Shown: positions 53,125 to 64,000 of the stretch, one piece after another
How positions within the stretch are numbered: position 1 is the first letter of the stretch
Layout: the number at the start of each line of letters is the position of its first letter
DNA from: Eledone cirrhosa
Taxonomy: Eukaryota
Direction: 5' to 3'
Assembly (NCBI GenBank): GCA_964016885.1
Contig: OZ024750.1
Span: 18,538,001 to 18,602,000, forward strand
DNA: 64,000 nucleotides
Program-made: the position numbers and the translations under genes
Notes under the pieces: model-generated
The model's input: the letters and a program-made list of their open reading frames with translations, nothing else
Told to the model about the DNA's origin: nothing
Databases searched by the model: none

Positions 53125-53256
53125 AGCCCCAGTCTTTTTTGCATAGCTACGGCTTTCAAAATGTTTATCTATAAACATAGCGTGTTTCTTTAGAAATATG
53201 AAATTTCTATACATATCTGTATACAGTTATGTTCGAAGCTAAATCCTAATTCTATT

Positions 53257-53287
<31 letters not shown>

Positions 53288-53291
53288 GTTA

Positions 53292-53322
<31 letters not shown>

Positions 53323-53677
53323 ATTGTATTTTTCATCTGAAAGATATAGATATATTTACATCTATAAAACCACAGTCAAACTGTTAACATAAATACTCTC
53401 AACTTTCACATTATGTGTTGATTACTCTTTTCTTGTGTTTATCCCCACAGCTGTGTGTATATATGAAGCATAGAGTTACCTCCCTTTATGATCTGAGTTC
53501 AAATCCCGCCGAGGTTAACTTTGCCTTTCATCCTTATGGGGTCGATAAAATAAAGTACCAGTAATGCACTGGTTAATTGCTGGTCTTGTGCTTAAAGTAG
53601 AAACAATTATATTATATCATCATCATCATTTAACATCCATCTTCCACACTAGCATGGGTTATATATACTATATTATA

Positions 53678-53725
<48 letters not shown>

Positions 53726-54304
53726 CGTTATATTTTATATATATATGTCCCACCCTTGCAAGCAGGGAAAAGCGTACGTAAAATGATGATGATGATGATG
53801 ATAATGATGTGTGTGTGTGTGTACGTACATTTAATGTATATGTCACATAACTTAATAGCTTGACACAATAGCAATATAAGTACCAGACATGAAGAAAAAA
53901 AATAGTACTACTCAGGTTGATATGATTAACTAAATTCCCTCAAAGTAGTACCACAGCATGGTTGCCATCTAATGATTTAAATCTGTAAAAGAATGTGGAA
54001 TGCTTTATAGAGGAAACATATCTCAGGTAAGATTGTAATTTTCTAGAACTATCTTCTCATATTCTGTTGTTTACTGAGGAAGGGCTCTGTGGGAAATGTT
54101 AAACATACCCCATTTCTCATTGCTATCTAACAAATCTAGTTTTAGGGCGTTTTATATATTTTTTTATTATATAACCAAATAAACTTCTAAGTTTCTTAGT
54201 GTTTTTAGATAACATTTTTTGAATTTCTTAGCATAGGTATGGATATTGGCTTAGATGTGTGGTTAAGAGGTTATCTTCACAGCAGTCCAGGGTTCAATCC
54301 TATG

Positions 54305-54990
54305 TGACACCTACGGTCATGAATCTTGGCTAATGACTGAAAGAATAGATAATGGTAATGACTGATCCCATACTCTTGCAGAACCTTCCACAGCAGGTTC
54401 CGAGGAACACAGTCATATGACAGAAATGAATGTACTAGATGAAGGAATGGAGTTCCACTGAAGCAGGTAGAAAAGTTCAAGTATCTTGGGGTTGTGTTCA
54501 TGAGTGATGGAAGGCAGGAGGCTGAATTAAGTACAAGAATTGCAAGAGCTGGTGCAGTAATCAGAAGGGAGGTAGGTATAAAAGCCAAATTCACTATCTT
54601 CAATTTGTTATTTGTGCCAACCCTTACCTATGGTCATGAATCTTAGGTAATGACTGAAGGAATACAAGAAGCTGAAATGGTTTCCTCCAAAGGGTCTTTG
54701 GAGTGATGTTACTCGATAGTATGTGTAGCTCGGTGATCATAGAATCACTCCAGATAGAACCGTTACTTTTCTACTACAGATATGTAGTCAGAATGTCTCA
54801 GAAACGAATTGCTGGGCAGATTTTATGGCCAAAACCAACCAGCAGGAGACCCAGGGTTAGACTCCAAGCAAGATGTTTGGATAGCATCCATGAGCTTGGC
54901 TGGTCTCGCTTGGGGATCCAGCTGGATCAGTTGCTTCTGACAGGACCTGCTGGAAGGAGTGTTTGAGGACTCTGCCCCCACGACTCTCCC
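54305..54990 (+). mobile_element. RTE-clade LINE 3' fragment with a short inverted 5' piece
   Basis: PLKQVEKFKYLGVVFMSDGRQEAELSTRIARAGAV..KAKFTIFNLLFVPTLTYGHES..RPRVR; minus-strand YDCVPRNLLWKVLQEYGI at about 54360-54420. Confidence 0.8.
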
Positions 54991-57900
54991 AGGAAGAAGA
55001 AAAAGAAATGAAAGTAGAAGGAAGTAGAGGAAGGGGAAAACCAAGAAAGACAGCTTTTAATTTCCTCTTTCGTTATCTTTAGTCAAGAGGTTGATCAGGT
55101 TGGGTGTTGATGATAAAGAAAAATGAAGAAGCTTGTTATTGAACTTGCAAGCCTAACTTCTGCTTTGGCAGGAAAATGGCCTTAAAATGCTTCCTGCTGT
55201 TTGCGAGTGTAGGTATTTATATATATATATAAATAGTGTGTGTGTTGCTTTACTGTGTGTATCTGGTTTAAAATAGGCATGTCATATCCTGGAATGTTGT
55301 AAGAAACGACTAAAGTGGATGGTACTAGGAAGGGCATTTGGCCATAAAACATTGTCTCTAAAAGGACCTCATTGGTATGTGTGAAGCCTGTCTCGAGGCT
55401 CCATAAGACTAACCACTGCTTTGACAGCGAAAAGGCCTTAACCTTTTAGCATCTAAATCAGCTGTATCTGATCAGTATTCTCTCACTTCTTTATGTTCAA
55501 ACCAGCTGTAACTGGCTACACACATTGATGTTAAGGTATTGTTCCCAAAATAAATAATATCAAAATCTCAGAGTCGATATTATGTGAAATAATTATGCGA
55601 GGTAAACACTTTACTGTGAAAATACAATTGTAAATATCGAGTAATGTAAATGTCAAATTGTTAAAACACTTGTTTTCTCCATGGTACCATGTTTTTGTTG
55701 GAGTATTTTTATTTTTACAACAGAATGACTTTTGTACAGCTTACCATTGAAGAGAAAAAACTCTTATATTCTTTTACTGGTTTCAGTTATACTGTGGTTA
55801 TGTTGGGGAACTGCTTTGATTTAGTTCAGAGGTTCTCAGGCTTTAGGCCACATAATACCTGCAGTGCCCCCACCCCTATTTCCAGAGAGACCTACCTACA
55901 TGCAAATTATAATTAATATATAAATAAAATCATTGATTTATATATAATAAACAATATAATATATACTATGTATAAATAAATATCATATTTTTTATTTTAC
56001 TATATTTATATATAATATCATCTCTATATGGAGTCATATGGGCGCCGTTGTGACATCAATGTGTTCTGTGCATTATAAATCTGGTGGAGTCCATCCCTCT
56101 CCATGTCTGAACACAGCCAATTTCTTCCAGAGAAAGAGAGTGGCAGAGATATGAAGCAAGAATCGAGGCCAGCACTTTTTTTTATCAATCTCGAAAAGAG
56201 GAAAGGCAAAGCTGATCTCGGCGATATTAGAATTCAGAGCAAAGAGAATCGTAACGCATTCTAACGTCTACTAATTCGCCACCTTGCACTATATATATAT
56301 AACTACGTAGAATACATGGAAAAGAAGTTTGGGTAAGGGGAGTAACTCTGGAAGGAACATAACTCATGTGAAAGAAATGTATTAATACTCGGTGTTAGTT
56401 TATATAATAGTTAACGCAGACCTGCCAACCTCTAAAAGACCAAACGGGGAGTACCAATAATAAAAGTGCTCCCAAACGGGGAGATTTTACTTAATGAAAG
56501 CTATACCCATTTTCACAAGAGAAGTCATCTCTCGCCCACCCCAAAGTGGGTGGGAGATCTCCACGTTGGACGAGGAGATTAACGGGTCTGGTTAACATTT
56601 AATTATGTCAGCAGTGAAGTCTTACTCAGACAGGAGTCATCAAATTAACACAGGAGGTAAGATATTGTGTAGTGGTGTTTATGCTATGCCAGAAATAGAG
56701 AATAGATAGGTAAGGAAATAGCAACATCTTATAGAAAAATTGTCACTGAAACCGTCCAAATACAGCACAGTACTAAACGTTATCTATAAAACAAATTGTA
56801 TGCAAGTCTCCCTTCTCACAACATCGATGTCATTCAAGGGAAAAGCAAAGGTCAATATAGCTGGGTACCAGTGTTATCAAAACTCATATATATATATGAT
56901 ATTGTCCAAAGGAAAGGCAAAAGTCAATATAGCTTGGCACCAGTGATGTCACAGGTAAATTCAGAATGAAAAAGGGCCAAAAGAGATATGCCACAAGACA
57001 TCTCATTCAATGCACAAATAATTGCACCTATCCACCACCTTGGACTGGTACTTTATTTATTGACTCCAAAAGGATGAAAGAAAAAGTTCACCTGTGCAGC
57101 ATTTGAACTTAGGTTTTCAGAATAAATACTGCAAACCATTTAATCCAACACCTCACCTAGTTCATCACTATAAAACACACACACATACACATGAATTTCA
57201 TTAATCACATGACTAAATTTGCATTCAATAGAATTAAAACATTAGTTTTTCTCTTGCCATAAACCTGTGAAGATCTTTAACATTTTTAAAACCATATTTC
57301 TAATGAAATACACTGCTTGTTTTCAGATTATGTTGAAAGTAATTTTAAAAAATTGGAAGGATATAGTAATATAGCTTTCTCATTAAGCTGCAATTTGGAA
57401 AATAACTTAAAGGTTTTTAAAATAAATCTAGGACAGATTTTCAGATAAATATAAGCACTTTAAAATAAAGTTTGTATAATAAAATCAGAGGCAGTTTTGT
57501 ATCAAAAGAGTTAAAGTGATGAGCTACAGTATAACAACTTTATTTCCTCAACAATTCCAGAAACGATAAAACATAAAAAAAAAAAATAACATGAATTTTT
57601 TCAGGGTGCTAAAATCTTAAGTAAAAATAAATTTATTGAATGCAAATATAGTTTATAGATTTAATGAAAGCCACATCTGTATCTGTCACTCATACACATA
57701 CATATATTTACATATATACTTGTTTCTACTTTTGACACAAGGCCAGCAATTACCTCAGTGCATTACTGGTACTTTATTTTATCGATCCTGTAAGGATGAA
57801 AAGCAAAGCTAACCTCAGAACATGAAAGGCCATATCTATGCTGCAAAGCATGGTGTCAGACGCTCACGTATATAGTGATGAACTATTATGAAGGAGTACA

Positions 57901-58545
57901 TATCAACGTCCAACCATTCAATAAACTCAATAAACTGAACCTATTGAGTTAGCATGTAAAGTGACTGAATATACCAAAGATGTGTATTCTTTATGTAATT
58001 CTCAGGTAGAATCAGAATATACAGTGTGGAGAAAAGCTGCACCTTTGAATTAAAGGAAGAGTTCATCTGATAAGCTTCCATCAACCCAATTTCACTCACA
58101 AGGCTTGGGCCAACCCAAAGCTATGGAAAAAAGACACTTGCTCAAGGTGCCACACAGTGGGATTGAACTCAGGGTTCCATAAATACTAGGCTGCTGTTTA
58201 TTCTGGTTTCATTGGCGTTAAGTAACTGAGAAGTCAAAACTTCCCCTCTCTGGATGGGATACCAGTCCCTTGCTAAGTTAACTTCAGTTGCTGATGTTGG
58301 TACACATTTATTAGCTGAGTAGATTGGAACAATGAGAAATGTACTGTAGCAAAGCCTCAGCATATCACATGGTGTGGGAATCAACACCCATGACCATATG
58401 ATCATGAGCGCAACACCCTTGACCACATGACCATGAGCTCAACACCCTAATGCTAGGATTAAAAAAACACACAAACATATTTAGTGAAACATTGTATCTT
58501 GTATGTGTAGTACAGTGTAGTGGGATTCTTTATTTGGTAGATGGC

Positions 58546-58860
58546 TTCTGTTGACTGAACCAATATGGTCTGATACTAAGACATTGGTGGTTTCTGTTGA
58601 CTAAACCAATATGGTCTGATATTAAGACATTGGTAGTTTCTGTTGACTGAACCAATATGGTCTGATATTAAGACATTGGTGGTTTCTGTTGACTGAACCA
58701 ATATGGTCTGATATTAAGACATTGGTAGTTTCTGTTGACTGAACCAATATGGTCTGATACTAAAACATTGGTGGCTTCTGTTGACTGAACCAATATGGTC
58801 TGATACTAAGACATTGGTGTTAGTTGTTTCTGTTGACACAGCAAATATGATCTGACATAA
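58546..58860. repeat. 46-bp tandem repeat, about 6 copies, just downstream of the ZC3H15 stop
   Basis: Unit ttctgttgactgaaccaatatggtctgatactaagacattggtggt. Confidence 0.92.
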
Positions 58861-58912
58861 AAGACGCCATACCAAAACATACGGCAATATATCGTAGAAT
58901 TTGATTTATCAC

Positions 58913-58918
58913 TTTATT
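58913..58918 (-). promoter_or_regulatory. candidate polyadenylation signal AATAAA for ZC3H15 (alternative at 58529-58534)
   Basis: First AATAAA on the minus strand, about 200 nt downstream of the stop codon; no transcript evidence. Confidence 0.35.
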
Positions 58919-59111
58919 TTGAACCAAACATTCAGATTTGTCTTATGAGTCCAGGTTCAAGAGAGACTTAGGGATTCACAGAGAGGGAGAGAGCAAGGAA
59001 GTGGGGAAGTGAGAGACAGAGATGAAGAGAGGGAGAGAGAGGGAGTGAAGGGACGGGGGTTGAAGAAGGGAGGAGGGAAGATCAGTTATCAAATATCATT
59101 TGTGTGTATCA

Positions 59112-59257
59112 TCAATCTTCAATTTCTAATGTGTCTAAGTCTTCATCGAGTTGGTCAAGGTCTTCATCATCAAACAAGTCTTCATCAATTTGTACATTTG
59201 CATCTTCCTCTCCATTTACTGCTGAAAGGGCAGTTGCTTCCGACAACTTGTTTTCTT
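59112..59257 (-). CDS. ZC3H15: ZC3H15 terminal coding exon (EENKLSEATALSAVNGEEDANVQIDEDLFDDEDLDQLDEDLDTLEIED*)
   Basis: TTTTCTAG acceptor, phase 1, TGA stop at 59112-59114. The acidic tail V.IDE.LF..EDLD.L...L..L matches the ZC3H15 C-terminus. Confidence 0.9.
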
Positions 59258-60035
59258 CTAGAAAATGAATGAGGAAAAAAAAGTGTAAAATAACATAAGG
59301 TATAAGAGGAAACGTATGTGGCATGCAGGAGAAAAGATTACATTGGTACAGTCATGGATGATGATCATTGGGTGAAGCACAGATAAGATGAGAGGAAAAA
59401 AAAGGGGGCCGTAAAAATAGAGCTGCCGATAATCCTTCCAGGAGTGCATAGAGGCTTGACGGAAAAGGATGGGAAAGTGTGTTAGACTTGTAGTTTGGAT
59501 TTGAAATATTTTTTTGGCGGCCCCAGTCCTATTTCTTTTCTGATACACCTCGTATCTGTCTGTACCTCTTTAAAATTTACACACAAACACACACACACAC
59601 CATACATTTTCAATCTTGGTTATATTGTTACAATAAGAAATTTACTTTCCAATCATAAGGTTCCCAGCACAAATTTACCCCTGTAAATAGTTATTTCTTC
59701 AAAGTTACTCATACATTCAACTTTGTATGTCATTTGTGCATAAATTAAAATATCATTATCTTTAATCACTTCTGTGTGTCAGTAATGAACATAAACTATA
59801 TGGTTTCTCTTATGCAAACCATTAATTTATCAAAATGTAAATTTCCCAGCTTTTTATGATTGTCCATATATTTGGTAACCCTTTTATATATGGCATACCA
59901 ATTCTGGACTCCAAAAATTAAATACAATCAATATCATTATTGTTAAGGGTCCATTAGTATGTACATATAATACTGAAAATAAAACAACTGCACAAACAAA
60001 ACAAAGACAAATGTAATCTGTTAAAAAATACTGAC

Positions 60036-60141
60036 CAGTTTTTTTCCTAATATCTTCTATTCGGGTTCCACTGGAGTCATCATTTTCCGTAGCAACAAAT
60101 AACTCTGTATTGATATCATTAACGGGGCCACTGTAACTATC
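60036..60141 (-). CDS. ZC3H15: ZC3H15 coding exon (DSYSGPVNDINTELFVATENDDSSGTRIEDIRKKT)
   Basis: 106 nt, TTACAG acceptor and G|GTCAGT donor, phase 0-1, compatible with both neighbouring exons. Acidic segment resembles the ZC3H15 C-terminal region. Confidence 0.85.
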
Positions 60142-60238
60142 CTGTAATGGAGAGATGGGTATACATGGAGACCAGTAATACATGTGGATGTGTGTGTAAG
60201 GGTCAAGAGGATATTTTAGTTGTATTGGTGATCTACAT

Positions 60239-60574
60239 CAGGGGATCTCAACCTGGTTCATGTGGACCACTAGTGGTCCACAGGAAAATTCTGATGGTCC
60301 ACAGAAAATTTTCAATAGCAAATTCTTTTTTGATCCATGCATTTGACTTACAGCACTGTTCTTATTCTTCGCATAAGTACGACTTCAGCTGTTTATTTGC
60401 GTAGATTTTTAGGCACTGCGACATGATAATAGCATTTTCTAATTCATTGAAAAAAAAACATCTGATGCTTACAAGTAGCAATTCTATTACAAAAGATTTA
60501 AAAATTTAGGTGATCCACAGGAGAAAATTACTTATTTTGGTGGTCCACAGCGAAAAAAAGGTTGAGAACCCCTG
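60239..60574. mobile_element. hAT-type MITE in a ZC3H15 intron
   Basis: TIRs caggggatctcaacct / aggttgagaacccctg with exact 8-bp TSD ATCTACAT. Confidence 0.85.
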
Positions 60575-60652
60575 ATCTACATGATAAACGTGACCAGTAC
60601 ACTCTGTAAAGTGGTTAATGGGAGGATGGGTTTGTATGTGTGTGTGTGTGCA

Positions 60653-60695
<43 letters not shown>

Positions 60696-60699
60696 TATG

Positions 60700-60895
60700 T
60701 ATATTGTTTATTATGGCTAAAGTAATGAGTCTTGTTATTCTGGAGTTTTACTTGTGTACTCACAGGATTATCAGATAAAATTGATGATCCTGTGAGTACA
60801 CCGGTGAAACTCCAAAATAACAAGTCTCATTACTTTAGCCATAATAAATAAATATTTAAACTACTTCGGTACCGAGTACTCACTCTTGCGTTCAT
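60700..60895. mobile_element. head-to-head pair of degenerate hammerhead-bearing termini in a ZC3H15 intron (same family as 23155)
   Basis: About 75-bp inverted arms; (t)TGATGA-tcctgtgagtacaccggt-GAAA-ctcc..TA-acaag; tail cggtaccgagtact. Confidence 0.55.
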
Positions 60896-62447
60896 CAACA
60901 TCAAATGAGGATATATATATGAAAACTATTTTGTAATAGGAGATATATGGAGGCGTGAAGCACAAGTAATATGTATGTATGTGTGTGTGTGTGCAATACT
61001 AGGTATGGTTACCACCAGAAGAAAATGAATTCAATACAGATTTTCAAGTACTCTATAAATATAGTTTTTTTTCCCTTCACTGGTATTGTACACATACATA
61101 CACACACACACATGAATATATATACACACACAGGTGTAATATGTTACAATATCTGAAATAAAGATTTTTCAAGATTTTCAGACATTGTTTGTTCAGAATT
61201 CCTTTATTCCGTATCGTTTCTATCTTTTATTTTTAACCTTCCCTCATTTCTTTAATCTATAAAAGGTCATATAATAATAGCATTGAACAATTATTGATCT
61301 GTTGATTTAAAATGTCATTCATGAAGAATAAATGATTAGCTGACTAATCAAATATTTGCTTCTTCATAGTTTTTATAATGTTAGCCTTGATAGTCTGTAA
61401 CATTGTTACTGGAATAGAAAATGTAAAGGAAAATTGGCAAATATTCTTTAACTAACAATGTATTGCCCTTTTTCTATATAACAAATTTGTCTGAATATTT
61501 ACTATATAGAGTGTCCCCCAAAAATGTATACACACTGTGATTGTTTTGCTGTTAAAGTGTGTATACATTTTTGGTTCTCTATTCAGTCCCATCTAATAAG
61601 AAGTTTAGTGTTCTTTTTCTTCAAAGCTATATCTAAAAATCTCCATGGACACACACATATGCATGTGTGCGCGCACGCGCGTGTGTGTATATATATATAT
61701 ATTCTTGGTATTTCTTACTACAAAAGTAAGACAGATCAGACTTAAATGAGTGCTCAATACATATTAATAGAAAACACATATTGTATTCATGACTGCATTT
61801 CTGTTAATCAATGAAGAATTTTGAAGGATTTACTGAAATTATTATTTCATTACTCAGATAGTAACTTAATGTAAAGTTCTTATAAACATTATGTTGCCAG
61901 ATTTTAATTTAAATTAGAAACGTTTAAAAGGGGTGGCTTAAAGAGTTAATTATTTTGTATTTGTTGGTTAAACCAGCTGTATCCAGCCAGGATTCTTTCA
62001 CCTCTTTCTGTTCAAACTCTCAGTAACCAGCCCCTCATATTGATGTTAAGATATTGTTCTCAAAATAAATAATATCAATATCTCATAGATTCAATATTAT
62101 GTGAGATAAAGCCTTTACCACAAAAATACAATAGGATAATATAGAGTAATATAAATGGTAAGTAGTTTCATGTTGTTTTGTTTATTAGTCGAGAGCAAAA
62201 TTAGTATCAGAGTCAATAACAACCATTTATTTAGATGTAATCTTTTGTGTGTGTGAATAAATTTGAGGGTACTATTTATCCTGCTTTTGAATGGATAGTC
62301 CTCTTTACACAACAACCCCACTAGTACTGCTGCCATGATAACATGATAATATATACACACACATACACATCCAACCATACATATATATGTATAAAAAGTG
62401 TATAGAGATGACAGAAAAAGCAATAAAGAGGCAGTGTCCAACCATAC

Positions 62448-62555
62448 CTCACTTTCTTCATCAGATGTATCTTGACTATAATCAAAATCAGCAGCTCCTT
62501 CATCATCTTGAGTAATAAGGTCAGGATTGAACTCAAACATTTCACGACCACTAAT
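62448..62555 (-). CDS. ZC3H15: ZC3H15/DFRP1 coding exon (ISGREMFEFNPDLITQDDEGAADFDYSQDTSDEESE), DFRP C-terminal region
   Basis: 108 nt, TTTCAG acceptor and GAG|GTATGG donor, phase 0-0. The conserved ISGRE.FEF.P.L..DD motif is characteristic of ZC3H15/Tma46. Confidence 0.93.
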
Positions 62556-63959
62556 CTGAAAGCGAACAAAGGTAGATAAAAACAAACCTCATTAAACAAG
62601 TGTATATATACATATACAGAAAAATAATTGTGTGAATGCTTATATGTGTGTATGTATGCATGTATTGATTTCTTAAAATGAGGGTGCATGTGTGTGTGTA
62701 TGAAAATCTGAAAGTCCCAAATGTACAAAATAACTGTAACAACAATCAATCACTATAGATAACAGTTGAAAAAAAAATTGGGTAAATTACCCCTAGAGAT
62801 TGGATAAAAGTAGACAGGAGCCCCTTTGTGCTTGGGACTCTTGCATTTGCAAATTTCAAACCATCTTCGATGATTCATAAGTAGAGGTGTAACTAGGGAA
62901 AACAGCTGCTATGGCAAGCAGTGAAATTGTGCCGCTACTCAAATTACCTATGGGCCTAATAATTTATATAAATGGTTTAATAATCCAGTCATCATAGTGT
63001 TTCTCACCCATGGTAATCAAAGACAGATCATACACCTTAAGAAGTTTCTTTTTTCACTCTCCGATAATAGCTTATCTGACTTTAATAGAACGTGCTCCTA
63101 GTCCAAGTGGCACCTATCGCACATGCCATGAGTGCCAAACCCTAGTTATGCCTCTGTTCATAATATATATATATATGGAAAGAAGTGGAACCAATCACCA
63201 GATGGGACAAAGAAAATAATGTTTCCACTTGTCTTTCCATTGCTGCTACTTTCAGTCAGATGTAACATTTGGCAGAAGTATGACTGCTTTCCCAATGACA
63301 GGAGGTAGGATTTGAACTCAGAATGCTCAGAATCAGAAGAGATACCACAAAACATCCCATCTGACTCTTCAATGAGGTATAATTATGTATGTGTATATGT
63401 GTGTGTATCTACTCAACTTGTCCCACATTTATTAAAAAGCCAATCAAATGTTTTATGAACTCTTCACATATCCAAACCATTTTGATGTTTGCAACCAGAA
63501 CATATTTTAATTCTTTTGAATATTTCTGAATAATCTCTGACTGATGATAGAATTAATTATGCAAACACTGTTGTTTCCATATGATGAGAAGACCACAGAC
63601 AAAAGTAAATACTATCCTTCCACTCCCTCTAAAAATGTACATGGTATGGTATGGTCCCGTAACTCCTGATAGAGTCATAGGGGTGCCTCATTTCTTGGGC
63701 ATTTTAAGCCCGGTGGAGCCCATCCCTCTTCAAGCCTGAATACAGTAGATTTCCTCCAGAGAGTGGAAGAATCAACCCCCAGTACTAGACTGGTACTTTT
63801 GTTTTTATCGACTTTGAAAGGATGAAAAGCAAAGTTGACTTTGGCGGGATTTGAACTCAGAGAGCCGGAATCAATGCCATAAAGCATTCTATCCGACGTT
63901 CTAACGACCCTGCCAATTCACCACCCTCATGTATATATACTCTCCAAAAATATACATAC

Positions 63960-64000
63960 TCCAACTGTACGTCCAGCTTTAAATTCCGCTTTCTTCTTTT
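63960..64000 (-). CDS. ZC3H15: ZC3H15/DFRP1 coding exon, truncated by window edge (..KKKAEFKAGRTVG)
   Basis: Reverse complement reads AA AAG AAG AAA GCG GAA TTT AAA GCT GGA CGT ACA GTT GGA|GTATGT (phase-0 donor). It joins ISGREMFEF, matching the ZC3H15 motif K.DFKAG....ISGRE.FEF.P.L. Confidence 0.88.

Overview
Repeat-rich, AT-rich metazoan genomic DNA, not prokaryotic. The SINE families, RTE tails and very dense (TA)n/(CA)n/(TATG)n tracts suggest a coleoid cephalopod such as Octopus (inference). One gene is confidently identifiable: the last four coding exons of ZC3H15/DFRP1 on the minus strand (64000->59112), with phase-consistent GT-AG junctions. A second, unidentified minus-strand transcription unit may span about 0.4-30 kb (low confidence). 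The rest is tRNA-derived SINEs, fragments of CR1, Ingi/Vingi-, RTE-, Tx1- and R4/Dong-like LINEs, hAT/piggyBac/Tc1-type MITEs, and several minisatellites; nearly all long ORFs in the track are repeat artefacts. The most notable hidden signal is a set of about 10 type-I hammerhead ribozyme motifs (4 with intact cores) in small (TA)n-flanked, usually head-to-head inverted elements resembling Penelope-like/retrozyme termini. Also notable are a Tx1-like element that appears to have inserted three times into one (TATC)n tract, a 40-copy 72-bp array that repeats a consensus 5' splice site, a minisatellite grown out of a SINE, and a pre-miRNA-like hairpin. Coordinates were read by eye; repeat boundaries are approximate.
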